A DNA stretch of 64,000 nt from Nanobdellota archaeon (GCA_038045945.1 JBBSXC010000003.1:32001-96000); one strand, 5' to 3'; positions 38,406 to 48,501 are shown, counted from the stretch's first letter. The notes: generated by a model not told the origin, from the sequence alone. Numbers and translations: made by a program.

Positions 38406-38963
38406 ATGTCTTTTAGAAAAATAATAAGGTACAAGGATGCACCTTATGATCAAAGGAGCCCCCTAGAAGAAATGATAACGGTGCTAGAGAGAGAATCATT
38501 AAAATCATTTTTTGACAGAGTGGGTAACGCAATACCTGAACTCGTTGAATTAACGCAAAGAGTTGAAGCAAACCCTCGTGATTCAGACGCGCACTACTTA
38601 CTGGCAAGAACTTACCTTAATAGAGAAGACCAAGGAGACTTAAAAATGGCTGATCATCACTTATCATTAGCTATGCAGTACTGCTATGGTAAAACAAAAT
38701 TCGGAGATTACGACATATTACTAGCTTACGGAATAGTAAAAATAGAGTTAGGCGAATACGCCAGAGGAACAGATTTAGTAACTAGAGCAATACAAGTAGG
38801 TAAAAGAACAAAGGTTTATTCTAGCAAAGAAACAGAGGATTACGACCACTTATTAGTTGTTAGCGCGCTAATGATGGAAGGAAAAGAGGGGGAGGCAAAA
38901 AATTATTCTGATAGTAATATGCAATCCAAAGAATTAGTTGAAGGATACTTCTCAGAAAGATGA
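38406..38963 (+). CDS. TPR-like protein
   Basis: NPRDSDAHYLLARTY, YGIVKIELGEYARG. Confidence 0.65.
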   Translation: MSFRKIIRYKDAPYDQRSPLEEMITVLERESLKSFFDRVGNAIPELVELTQRVEANPRDSDAHYLLARTYLNREDQGDLKMADHHLSLAMQYCYGKTKFGDYDILLAYGIVKIELGEYARGTDLVTRAIQVGKRTKVYSSKETEDYDHLLVVSALMMEGKEGEAKNYSDSNMQSKELVEGYFSER

Positions 38964-39039
38964 TTTAGGCATTTTAGAAGTATTATTTTATACAACACAA
39001 ATCCAAATGATATAAAAACTTTAAAAGTTTGCGTTTGTA

Positions 39040-39675
39040 ATGGAAAAGGAAAAAAAGTACCTGTTTTTAGGATTATTCTTCGTCTTTATTCAAATAGTAG
39101 CAATAATAAGAAATGTAAGCTCAGGTTATAACAACTTTTTTTGGTTTTGTGACTTTGCATCACTACCAATAGCCATAGGATTCTTCCTAAAAAAGGACGA
39201 TTTTGTTAAATCAATAGTAAACATTGGATTATTCCCGCAAATAATCTATATTTTAGCATTCGTCTACAAAATATTTTCTGGAGTATCAATACTAGAAACA
39301 ATTCCGGACACATCAACAATATTTTATTTTACTAGCTCAATAATAATACACTTATCAACAATTTTTGCTTTATGCTTTACTTACAAAACTAAACCTAGAA
39401 TCAGCACACTATTCCACTCAATAATGTTCATTTTCGGAATGTATGTCATAGCATTATTCTTCACAAACCCCCAAGACAGAATAAACTACGTACTTTCATC
39501 AAGAACACTCCTACCAATAACAATACCCTACTACACGGAACTGTGGTCATTACTAACATTCCTAATAGTGGTACTACCAACACAAGGAATACAATACCTA
39601 ATATACAGATATTATGAAAAGAATGAAGGCAAGAAAAAAGTTCTCAATACTAAGTCTAAGAAAGAAGCCTTATAA
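39040..39675 (+). CDS. Multi-pass membrane protein
   Basis: Several TM segments; FFWFCD, H, INY motifs. Confidence 0.7.
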   Translation: MEKEKKYLFLGLFFVFIQIVAIIRNVSSGYNNFFWFCDFASLPIAIGFFLKKDDFVKSIVNIGLFPQIIYILAFVYKIFSGVSILETIPDTSTIFYFTSSIIIHLSTIFALCFTYKTKPRISTLFHSIMFIFGMYVIALFFTNPQDRINYVLSSRTLLPITIPYYTELWSLLTFLIVVLPTQGIQYLIYRYYEKNEGKKKVLNTKSKKEAL

Positions 39676-39721
39676 ATCACATTTATAAACACTTATTTTG
39701 ATTACTATCAAGTGACATAAA

Positions 39722-41077
39722 ATGGTTAGATCTAAACAAATGGTTGAGGAAAGGGTTCTGAGAGAATCAGAATCTCTAAAAAGGCCACAACTTGCAAAAA
39801 AATACGGAAGAACAGAACCAGAAATCAGAGAATTCTTTGATTCTAGAGATAGAAGAAAACCTAGAGTTAAGTCGGAAATATCAAGACTCAGAAGAGAATT
39901 ACCAGAAAAAAAGCTCTTAGGCTTACTATTAGAAAAAAGTACTGAAGAGTTATGTGAAGATTATAAAGCTAAAAGAACTAGTATGTCTCAAAGGATTAAA
40001 GAAGTCACAAACGGCCACAGAAAACCACTGGTAAGAAATCATGTTGACATAACAAAAGAAGAACTAATAGAAGCATCAAAACTTTTTTCTGAGGAAGAAA
40101 TAGCAACACTATATGACTGCAGCAGAGCAACAATAGCGCGTAAATATCGAGAAGCCATAATAAAAAAACATTGTGTTAACCCTAACACTAGAAGAATAAA
40201 CAGCATCGATAGTGCAGAATTATTAGAAGTCTCATCAATATTCTCAAGAGATGAGTTAGCATTCCTCTACGATGTTGGTAGAGCCACAATTGTTCGTAAG
40301 CTTAGAGAAGCTAGAGACAAAAAAGATGATCAGAAACATGTTGAAAGAGCCTTGAGGAGAACTTTACCTGCGATTAACTCAGCTATTGATGAAACCCTCA
40401 AAACATTCAGTTACGTAAATTCAGCTATTGATTACTTAATATCTCAAAGACCACAAGCGGAAAGAATGGCAGCAAAGTATATCTTAGAAGTCCAAAATTA
40501 TCGGGGGAATAGTGAACAGTTTAACAAAAAACTGTTAAAACTATGCAAATCCTACATTCAAGCTAAGAAAGAAGGAGAAAAAGTATCAATAACAAAACTT
40601 TCTAAGAAAAGCGGATTTCACACAGCTCAAATATACAGAATAGGAAAAGCACTTGATTGGGACTTAAGAGTAAGAAAATACCAAAGAGGAGTGATTACCC
40701 CAATACAAAACTGGAGAATTATTGAAACAAACATTAATTCTGAATTAACAAACCATGACATTGCAAAATTTTTAGGTTTATCACCTACACCAATAATTGA
40801 CGCGCAAGAAAGAACGGGTATTGAAAGATTAAGAAAAACGCCAATTTATACTAGGAATAGGGCAAAAGTAGGTTATTATGCTGCAAGCATGGTTTACGAA
40901 TCATTAGATGAAGGATATAGCGTGCAGGACTCAGCTGAAATAGCTGGAGTAAGCATTGATGACGTTTTAGCTTTATCAGAAAGAAGAGAAGAACTAGAAA
41001 AGAAAATAATTTCTGGGCTAAGAAGACTTACTGGAAAAAAGGTAGAAAAACCATACTTACCAATAAAAAATAAGTAA
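39722..41077 (+). CDS. Basic protein with multiple helix-turn-helix repeats
   Basis: FSEEEIATLYDCSRATIARKYREA / FSRDELAFLYDVGRATIVRKLREA and further HTH-like segments. Confidence 0.65.
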   Translation: MVRSKQMVEERVLRESESLKRPQLAKKYGRTEPEIREFFDSRDRRKPRVKSEISRLRRELPEKKLLGLLLEKSTEELCEDYKAKRTSMSQRIKEVTNGHRKPLVRNHVDITKEELIEASKLFSEEEIATLYDCSRATIARKYREAIIKKHCVNPNTRRINSIDSAELLEVSSIFSRDELAFLYDVGRATIVRKLREARDKKDDQKHVERALRRTLPAINSAIDETLKTFSYVNSAIDYLISQRPQAERMAAKYILEVQNYRGNSEQFNKKLLKLCKSYIQAKKEGEKVSITKLSKKSGFHTAQIYRIGKALDWDLRVRKYQRGVITPIQNWRIIETNINSELTNHDIAKFLGLSPTPIIDAQERTGIERLRKTPIYTRNRAKVGYYAASMVYESLDEGYSVQDSAEIAGVSIDDVLALSERREELEKKIISGLRRLTGKKVEKPYLPIKNK

Positions 41078-41109
41078 ATCTTTAATAGCTTATAAAAACA
41101 TTATCATTT

Positions 41110-41604
41110 ATGAATAAAACAAAAATAGCTTATTTTGGCGCAGGATGCTTCTGGGGAGTAGAATACCTCTTTAAAAAAGTCCCAGGAATAACAAAAACGG
41201 AAGTAGGTTACATGGGAGGGAAAAAACCAAACCCGACTTATAGAGAAGTATGTAACGATGGTACAGGACACGCAGAAATAATAAAGATTATTTATGATCC
41301 AGCACTCGTCACTTACAAAAAACTCTTAGAATTATTCTTCAAATGTCACAACCCAACAACAATAGACCGACAAGGGCCAGACGTAGGAGAACAATACAGA
41401 TCAGCAATATTCTACACTGATAAAGAACAAAAGAAAGAAGCAGAAGATTACCTAAAGGTTTATGAGAAAGAAATAGGAAAGAAAATAGTTACGGAAATAT
41501 CACAAGCTAGCGAATTTTGGAAAGCTGAAGAATACCACCAAGACTATTACGGAAAGAAAGGCGGACAACCATACTGCCACATAATGCCAAAAGTAAATTT
41601 TTAA
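41110..41604 (+). CDS. msrA: Peptide-methionine (S)-S-oxide reductase
   Basis: GAGCFWGVE, QYRSAIF, AEEYHQDY. Confidence 0.97.
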   Translation: MNKTKIAYFGAGCFWGVEYLFKKVPGITKTEVGYMGGKKPNPTYREVCNDGTGHAEIIKIIYDPALVTYKKLLELFFKCHNPTTIDRQGPDVGEQYRSAIFYTDKEQKKEAEDYLKVYEKEIGKKIVTEISQASEFWKAEEYHQDYYGKKGGQPYCHIMPKVNF

Positions 41605-41627
41605 AAACAAAAAATCATAATAACCTC

Positions 41628-42026
41628 ATGAAAAATATTATACCTAGAACCGATAATGAGTGGGAGAAAAAATTATCCCCAGAACAATATAGGGTTATGA
41701 GAGAAGGGGATACAGAAATGCCGTTCACTGGAAAATTTTTAGATAATAAAGAAAAAGGAGAATATTCTTGTGCTGCATGCAAAAACTCCTTATTCTCCTC
41801 TGACACAAAGTTTAATTCCGGAACTGGATGGCCAAGCTTCACAGACGCAAATAAGAAAAATATAATGCTAAAAGAAGATTATTCTCATGGAATGCACAGA
41901 ATAATGGTCATTTGTAAAAAGTGTAAATCCAAACTAGGGCACGTATTTGATGATATACCAAAAGAATTAGGAGAAAGGTACTGTATTAATTCATGCGCAC
42001 TAAAATTCAAAAATCTTAAAAAATAG
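41628..42026 (+). CDS. msrB: Peptide-methionine (R)-S-oxide reductase
   Basis: SGTGWPSF, LGHVFDD, RYCINS. Confidence 0.97.
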   Translation: MKNIIPRTDNEWEKKLSPEQYRVMREGDTEMPFTGKFLDNKEKGEYSCAACKNSLFSSDTKFNSGTGWPSFTDANKKNIMLKEDYSHGMHRIMVICKKCKSKLGHVFDDIPKELGERYCINSCALKFKNLKK

Positions 42027-42191
42027 ACTTTTGAGCCACAAAAATTAAAGTTTTTGATGTTCAATAAAAAATAATTTTTTATTAATGCTTACAAATAATT
42101 ATAATGGTATTTCTTGACATAATAATTCTTATAAAGACAAAAAACGGTAGTAATAACTTAAAAAGGTTAAATGAAAAAATGGTGAACTAAA

Positions 42192-43787
42192 ATGACGACT
42201 ACAGATGCTCCTGTAGATATGGATGTAAAGAATAAAGTATTCTATGAAGAAGTAAGAGCTAGTTTAGGAGGAAAATTACCATTAAGTTTAGGAAGTAGCA
42301 GATTAGAACAAGGAGAGGGAGGAAGACTAGTAGTAGTATTCCCTAATGAAGTATACAAAGCAAGAGCTAATGATTACGGTCAAGAACTAAGAAGAGGACT
42401 AAGAAAAGTAGGGGGAGGAGAGGACTTATACTTAGGAGTTGACAAAAATATGCTTGATTCAGGAAGAAGACTAGCATCATCATACCTGTCAGGATTAGAA
42501 GAAGCAACAAACACAGAACCTGCAGAAAAAACAGTAAGAATTGTTGTTAGACCAAAAGACGAACTATTAGTGGTTAGGTCGCAAACAACAAAACAAAAAT
42601 CATTAGAAACAACAGCAACAAAATACCAGTTATTACCAAAACCAGAAACAATAATGAAGTATGAAGGAAACAATTACGCAGTAGACGTAACAAGAAGGAT
42701 AGCAGAATTAGCATCATCGCCAAAAGAAGTAAGAACAAACATAAAAAAAACATTAATTCACGGACCAAACGGGGCAGGAAAAACGGCGCTAGCAACAACA
42801 TTATGCTACAGTTTAGCAGAAGCAGGAATGACACCAGTATATTTGGACGTGCCGGGCCTGTCAGAGTTCTTAAGACATAACGCAAGAATGGCAGCAGCAA
42901 TAGCCGGAATGATGGGAGAACAAAAACCAATAATGAGAGAGTACGGACAATTAGAAAACTTAAGAGAAGCAGACTTATTAGTTTTAGACGGAATAGAAGC
43001 AACACTAAGGGGAGAAAAAGAAAACCGTCCGGGAGTAGAGGCAATCCTAAGAGCAGCAATAGACGCATCAGTAGCAAGAAACATACCTGTATTAGCACTA
43101 TACAGGGGGACGGGGGAAACACTCAAAGCGTACATATCAAGAATGAAGTTTGGGGAAGGAGGAAACAAAGACTTAGCAGACAGACTAGAAGAATTCGTAA
43201 GGGTGCCAATGCATTTACCATCAGGAAGAGAAAGAGGAGGACTAATGAAAGACTTACTAATAACAGAACACGGATTTAGCGAGCAAGCAAGCCAAGAAAT
43301 ATCAAGAGCGCTAGGAGAAAACTTTGGAAGCGAATCAACCTTGAGAGAAATAAGAGGATCAGTAGCATCAGCAGTAAACTACATAAATTTTGTTGGAGGA
43401 GAAAAACCAGACTATTACACACTAGCAAGTAAAGCACTAAAAGGAACGGCAGGACTGCAAGGATTACTATTCGGAAAAAAAGTAGATACAGCAGAATTAT
43501 TCAAAGAAATAGAAAGAAGAACAGGAATAGCCAAAGCAAGCATGACAGGAAGAAAAGGAACAAGCGACGTGATAAACGCAAGACACGCATACGCAGCAAT
43601 AGCAAGAAAAGATGAAAGTTTAGGAGTAAGCGCAATAGCAAAACTATTAGGAAAAGATCATGGAACACTAAACAGCGCGTATGAAAGAATAGACCGGGTG
43701 TTAGGTTCAACAGAACAAGAAAAATTAAGTCTTAGAGACAAAGAATTATTAAGACTAATAAAAACACTAGAAGAAGCAAAAGCTTGA
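42192..43787 (+). CDS. dnaA: Divergent full-length DnaA-like AAA+ protein (domains I-IV)
   Basis: Domain I LVVVFPNEVYK; Walker A GPNGAGKT; Walker B DLLVLDGIE; sensor II TLREIRGSV; domain IV ARHAYAAIAR...IAKLLGKDHGTL. Confidence 0.8.
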   Translation: MTTTDAPVDMDVKNKVFYEEVRASLGGKLPLSLGSSRLEQGEGGRLVVVFPNEVYKARANDYGQELRRGLRKVGGGEDLYLGVDKNMLDSGRRLASSYLSGLEEATNTEPAEKTVRIVVRPKDELLVVRSQTTKQKSLETTATKYQLLPKPETIMKYEGNNYAVDVTRRIAELASSPKEVRTNIKKTLIHGPNGAGKTALATTLCYSLAEAGMTPVYLDVPGLSEFLRHNARMAAAIAGMMGEQKPIMREYGQLENLREADLLVLDGIEATLRGEKENRPGVEAILRAAIDASVARNIPVLALYRGTGETLKAYISRMKFGEGGNKDLADRLEEFVRVPMHLPSGRERGGLMKDLLITEHGFSEQASQEISRALGENFGSESTLREIRGSVASAVNYINFVGGEKPDYYTLASKALKGTAGLQGLLFGKKVDTAELFKEIERRTGIAKASMTGRKGTSDVINARHAYAAIARKDESLGVSAIAKLLGKDHGTLNSAYERIDRVLGSTEQEKLSLRDKELLRLIKTLEEAKA

Positions 43788-43837
43788 TTGTTACTACTGT
43801 TTAGTTACTTTAATCGTTAGGTTTATATAGTCTTTTT
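43788..43837 (+). promoter_or_regulatory. Promoter closely matching 5223-5273 (minus strand)
   Basis: TTGTTACTACTGTTTAGTTACTTTAATCGTTAGGTTTATATAGTCTTTTT. Confidence 0.6.
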
Positions 43838-43850
43838 ACTTGGGTTTCTT

Positions 43851-45191
43851 ATGGGAAAAAAGATTTTATACGGTGCCGGACTTGTAGCTGCTGGAATAAC
43901 TGGTTACTTAATAGGCAGTTCTAAAAGTGTTGATCCAGACGCAGAAGTTGAGCTTAAACATGGAAAACAAGACAATAACATGCTGCGTGAAAGCACACAA
44001 AGAGTTTCTCTTAGAGGACTTTCTAACGATAAAAAACTTTTAGAATCTCAACTTGATGATGCTAAAACTCTTATTGCTCAAAAAGACGCTGAACTTGCTA
44101 AATACAAACCTTTCCAGGACTCATTAAACATTGCATCATACATTAAGAAAGCTGGCAGTGATGTCCCTATTAGCGCACTTAAAGGTCTTGACGCTAACGG
44201 TGGTATAGCATACCTAGACAAAAACAGCGGTTCTTTATACGTTAATACTAATGATAAAATAGTTAGAAACACTGTTGGTTCTTCACCCTTAGCTATGGCT
44301 ATCACTGGGGGAAAAATGCCTGCTAAAAGTTGGGGTATGTGGGACAGCAGAGGCGGTAAATGGAAGGATGGTGAACAATTATCCTCAACTGATCATTCTT
44401 ACAGAGCTTTCGCTTTCGGAGACCCGCAAGGACACTCAATAATTTCAGTTATTGATGAAAAAAGCGGAGAAAACGTTGGTAACACAGCAGTATCAGGATC
44501 TATTGAAGATTACGGTTTAACAACTGGCAAAAACTCTGAAGGTAAAGAAGTTCCAATAATATGGACTTTAACACTTGTTAATCCTTTAGCAGGACTTAAA
44601 GGAGAAGTACAAAGAGAAATACTAGGACCTCAATTTTCAAACTTTAGAACCGCTCTAGAATTATACGGTGAAGGTAAAGGAAGAAAAGACGGTAATGGAC
44701 AACTTATCCCTTACGAACAATACGCTGAATCAATAACTCTTACTCAAGCACTTGGTGATGGTAGAACTGGCGGACTAATTGATATATTACAAAAAATTAA
44801 TGTTGATGGAGAATTAAGAAGAGGTGAGGAAGCTTCATACTTTGACGCAAAATTCAAAGATAGCACTAGTGTAACAACTGGTACTTTACAAAGTGTTCCT
44901 TTAAGAGCTAAACCGGGAATTACTAAATGGATTTCACCAATTAACAGACCAGGAAAAGTTAGAAGTATTATAGCTGAAGATGATCGTGTTGTTTACGAAG
45001 TAGAATTCGGGGATTACCCTGCCCAATACTCAGAATTCGTAAGAGAAAGCAACATTAACTCATGCAACACTACAAGCGCAGGAGAATTCTACGGACTAAA
45101 AACAATTATTAATTCAGAACCACTACCAACACTTGAAAAAGAAATAGAAAGAGTAGACCAAGAATACAACGAAAAACTTAAGGGAAAGTAA
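43851..45191 (+). CDS. Membrane-anchored hypothetical protein (TM, coiled coil, beta-rich domain)
   Basis: MGKKILYGAGLVAAGITGYLIG; LESQLDDAKTLIAQKDAELAKY. Confidence 0.7.
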   Translation: MGKKILYGAGLVAAGITGYLIGSSKSVDPDAEVELKHGKQDNNMLRESTQRVSLRGLSNDKKLLESQLDDAKTLIAQKDAELAKYKPFQDSLNIASYIKKAGSDVPISALKGLDANGGIAYLDKNSGSLYVNTNDKIVRNTVGSSPLAMAITGGKMPAKSWGMWDSRGGKWKDGEQLSSTDHSYRAFAFGDPQGHSIISVIDEKSGENVGNTAVSGSIEDYGLTTGKNSEGKEVPIIWTLTLVNPLAGLKGEVQREILGPQFSNFRTALELYGEGKGRKDGNGQLIPYEQYAESITLTQALGDGRTGGLIDILQKINVDGELRRGEEASYFDAKFKDSTSVTTGTLQSVPLRAKPGITKWISPINRPGKVRSIIAEDDRVVYEVEFGDYPAQYSEFVRESNINSCNTTSAGEFYGLKTIINSEPLPTLEKEIERVDQEYNEKLKGK

Positions 45192-45197
45192 AAAAAA

Positions 45198-45578
45198 ATG
45201 TTGAGACAAACACCTATAGAGGAAATAATTGATACTGAATCAATAATGATTGATAACAGAACTGATTCTAACGGATCATTAACTGCTAGACTACTAGTAG
45301 ATAATAATGACGACTTAGAGATTGATGAAAAAACAGAAGATTTTGCTAAAGACTTTGTTAACTACCTAAAAAGTCAGGGTTTTTCAGCATTAATAGACGG
45401 TAAAAAAGGAAATTATGAAGTAACAGCTAATAAGTCCGGAAGGAATGATTCTTACGTTGTTAGTAAAGGTTTCCCCCATGATTCTCAAAGCGTTATCGTA
45501 ACAATGATCCCAGTTCATGATTCTAACCCTTCAATAATGGGAGAATATCTCAGACACATACAAGGCGTTGTTTGGTAA
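45198..45578 (+). CDS. Hypothetical protein
   Basis: 6 bp after previous stop, same strand. Confidence 0.6.
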   Translation: MLRQTPIEEIIDTESIMIDNRTDSNGSLTARLLVDNNDDLEIDEKTEDFAKDFVNYLKSQGFSALIDGKKGNYEVTANKSGRNDSYVVSKGFPHDSQSVIVTMIPVHDSNPSIMGEYLRHIQGVVW

Positions 45579-45622
45579 AGTTATACAACAAGATTAAATA
45601 ATGCCTTTACTAACCATTATTC

Positions 45623-45871
45623 ATGCCTAAAAAGAGTGTTATGAAGATTCCTAAATCTTACACTCTTAATTGTCCTTTATGCCACAAAAACACTAGAGCT
45701 AGCACAAGTATAGATTTCTCACCACAAAAATACACCTGCCCAAAATGCCTCAAAGAAATATTAACACCAGTTAACTCATGCTGCATAATATGCGCAAACG
45801 ACATAAAAACGAGAAGATGTCCAAGAAACCTGTACATGGAAGCAGTAGTAAAAGGACTAATAATAAAATAA
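45623..45871 (+). CDS. GDCCVxC-like zinc-ribbon protein
   Basis: CPLC, CPKC, SCCIIC, CP. Confidence 0.6.
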   Translation: MPKKSVMKIPKSYTLNCPLCHKNTRASTSIDFSPQKYTCPKCLKEILTPVNSCCIICANDIKTRRCPRNLYMEAVVKGLIIK

Positions 45872-45874
45872 AAA

Positions 45875-46378
45875 ATGGATTATAATAACCTGTTAATACA
45901 GTCATTAGCAATAATAGCACTAGGACTATTCGCTATTTCTTACCATGCTAAAGCTAGATGGAAAATATTGTTATTTCAAGCAATAGCACTATTATTTTGG
46001 ATTACGCACTTTTTACTGCTATCAGCATGGACTGGAGCATCAATGAACATAATCAACATCTTTGTTATAACATTACTGATATTTAAAACAAAGAAAAAAT
46101 GGATTAGAAGCAACATTACCCTTTACTCAATAATCTTAGTATTTATCATTGCAACAATTATAACTTGGCAAGGCTACTACAGCATTTTCGCTCTTTTAGG
46201 AATAATCTTTATGACTATTGCAAGATGGCAGGACAAAACTATAAACATTCGTTATTTAGCACTACTTGGAGGACTATTATGGATAATTTATGATTTATTT
46301 GCAGGAGCTTACGGTAGCGTAATAGCAGAATTAGTAATAGGCACATCAATAATAATATCAATATACAGGAATAAGTAA
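45875..46378 (+). CDS. YgjV-like inner membrane protein
   Basis: HFLLLSAWTGA, WIIYD...GAYG. Confidence 0.8.
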   Translation: MDYNNLLIQSLAIIALGLFAISYHAKARWKILLFQAIALLFWITHFLLLSAWTGASMNIINIFVITLLIFKTKKKWIRSNITLYSIILVFIIATIITWQGYYSIFALLGIIFMTIARWQDKTINIRYLALLGGLLWIIYDLFAGAYGSVIAELVIGTSIIISIYRNK

Positions 46379-46383
46379 TAAAA

Positions 46384-46530
46384 ATGAAAGGCAAAATTAA
46401 CAAACTAGTCGTTTTTAATTCAATAATCGCCTTAGGATGCTTAGCATTAACTTTTTTTGTTCATTGGTTATTCATAATTCCAGCAGTTTACTTAATGATA
46501 AGAAACCAAAAAGAACTGGTTAAGAACTAA
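46384..46530 (+). CDS. Small membrane protein (48 aa), absent from the ORF track
   Basis: MKGKINKLVVFNSIIALGCLALTFFVHWLFIIPAVYLMIRNQKELVKN. Confidence 0.5.
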   Translation: MKGKINKLVVFNSIIALGCLALTFFVHWLFIIPAVYLMIRNQKELVKN

Positions 46531-46564
46531 AATTATCTGGAAAAGATTTAAATATGTCAAATGA

Positions 46565-47611
46565 TTGTTTATAATCGTGGCTTTTGATAACAAAAAATTG
46601 TTAGTATTCTCAATATTATTAGTATCATTGATAATTTTTAGCTCTGGAGTTATGGCTGCTTCTTGCCCTATAAAGGTAGAAGCTAAAACAACTAAGGCAT
46701 TACTTGCCGAGATACCATCAATTAATACTCAACTAACAGATTGTAAGACAGAAACACCATCACAACTAAAAAAACTCATAACTAATGGAGTATTCTTAGT
46801 TGAAATAACAGATAATGATGACATATACATCTCAATAACTGATGGAATAATCACAGGAGTAAGTGTGGCTAATGAAGGAAAATACTCTTATAGAGCAACT
46901 ATGAGCTCTTGCAACCTTGACGTAATGCTAAAAAAACCTAACACTATGGCTGCTTTCGCGAGCTACTACCTTAGCGGTAAAGCAGACCTAGGAGCTAGCG
47001 GAATAGTTAACAAAGTAAAATTATTCTTCGGAAAAATGTTCGCTAAAGGAACACTAAAAGACATAGCATCAGTTGTAGAGGATTGCGCGCCAGCAACTGA
47101 TGAAATAAGCGGGTACACAGGATACCAAGTTTGCGAATTTTACCAAGCACCAAAAGTAACTAAGAAACTAGTAACATGCACTGCTTACAAAGCAGGAGAC
47201 TCATTCTGCGTCACATCAATGGGTAAGGATGCTAGAGCACTAAAATGTGATGATACCGGGGTTGTTGTTTGTGGAATTAAGTGTGGTCAGAAAGCACCAA
47301 GCATGTGCGCAAGCGACATTAACAGAAAGAGAGGTAATAATGCAGCACCATTATCATTCTGTGAAGAGGAAATAAAAATGACAGATACAAAAACAAGCAC
47401 TAAAGGTAAAAAACCATCAAATTGTTATGAAACTTACATGCAAGGGCACGAACAATACCAATTCGCAAAAATGCAATGGGACGCTTGGCTAGCTGAAACA
47501 GGAAACATATGCCAAACACAAACAGCAGAAAAACCAAAATCTGACGGAGAATGCAAATACTTATACGAACAGATAAAGAACGGCGACAAAAAATGGTTAT
47601 GCTGGTACTAA
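46565..47611 (+). CDS. Secreted Cys-rich protein with SCP2-like N-terminal region (start uncertain)
   Basis: Signal peptide; YYLSGKADLGASGIVNKVK; many Cys. Confidence 0.6.
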   Translation: MFIIVAFDNKKLLVFSILLVSLIIFSSGVMAASCPIKVEAKTTKALLAEIPSINTQLTDCKTETPSQLKKLITNGVFLVEITDNDDIYISITDGIITGVSVANEGKYSYRATMSSCNLDVMLKKPNTMAAFASYYLSGKADLGASGIVNKVKLFFGKMFAKGTLKDIASVVEDCAPATDEISGYTGYQVCEFYQAPKVTKKLVTCTAYKAGDSFCVTSMGKDARALKCDDTGVVVCGIKCGQKAPSMCASDINRKRGNNAAPLSFCEEEIKMTDTKTSTKGKKPSNCYETYMQGHEQYQFAKMQWDAWLAETGNICQTQTAEKPKSDGECKYLYEQIKNGDKKWLCWY

Positions 47612-47673
47612 AAGAAAAGCTTAATAACAAGAAAAAATAATTAGTTCTTAAGAGAAAAAAATATGGCGATAAA

Positions 47674-48450
47674 ATGTTAGAGTTTAGTGCATTATCTTCA
47701 GGTAGTTCGGGTAATTGTTTCTGGGTTAATAACACTGATACAAACAGCGCTGTCCTTATTGATTGCGGTATCAGCATGAAAAAAGCTAGTGAAAGATTAA
47801 CATCAATTAACAGAAGCATAACAGACGTTAAGGCAATATTCATAACTCACGAACACACAGACCACATAGCAGGAGCAGACGTGTTAAGCAGACACCTAAA
47901 AATACCAGTATTCGCAACAAAAAAAACTTTTGAAGCATTAAGATTTTGCGAGGAAGAATACCAAAACGTAATAAAAAAAGGAGAAAAAACAAATATTGGC
48001 GGAATGACTGTAGAATCATTCAAAAAGAATCATGGAGCAGCGGACCCAGTATCATACAACGTTACAAAAGAATCAAAAAAAGTATCAATAATTACAGATG
48101 TTGGAAGCACATGTGAAAACATTGATGACAACATTAAAGAATCAGACATTCTATGCTTAGAATCAAATCATGATTTACAATTACTTAAAGGAGGAAGATA
48201 CCCACAATTTTTGAAAGACTGGATAGCAAGCGACACAGGACACTTATCAAACAAACAAAGCGCACTAGCAGTCCTAGAACACGCAAGAAAAAAACTAAAA
48301 AAAGTAGTATTATCACACCTAAGCACCAATAACAACACACCAAGAGACGCACTAGAAACATTCCATGATTTAATAAAGCACAGACAAGACATAAAACCAC
48401 AAATAAGCGTATCAACAAGATACGCAGCAACAGAAATAATAAAAATATAA
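47674..48450 (+). CDS. Metallo-beta-lactamase-fold hydrolase (YycJ/WalJ-like)
   Basis: SGSSGN, LIDCG, THEHTDH, LESNHD, GHLSN, HLS.NNN. Confidence 0.9.
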   Translation: MLEFSALSSGSSGNCFWVNNTDTNSAVLIDCGISMKKASERLTSINRSITDVKAIFITHEHTDHIAGADVLSRHLKIPVFATKKTFEALRFCEEEYQNVIKKGEKTNIGGMTVESFKKNHGAADPVSYNVTKESKKVSIITDVGSTCENIDDNIKESDILCLESNHDLQLLKGGRYPQFLKDWIASDTGHLSNKQSALAVLEHARKKLKKVVLSHLSTNNNTPRDALETFHDLIKHRQDIKPQISVSTRYAATEIIKI

Positions 48451-48501
48451 AAAAAACTTACTACAATAATACTTAAAAATTGTAATTTTCTCAACATTTT
48501 T

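Noticed and set aside
42027-42191. Bacterial oriC next to the dnaA-like gene
   Set aside because: AT-rich with two short hairpins but no TTATCCACA-type boxes seen; the downstream gap is a 63-bp promoter
36822-45578. Recurrent short (S/N/P)-LE-x-(I/L/V) motif near starts of orphan proteins as a secretion signal
   Set aside because: Too short and degenerate to separate from ordinary amphipathic helices without statistics
45623-45871. Selenoprotein in the GDCCVxC-like ORF
   Set aside because: No in-frame TGA; ORF ends in TAA
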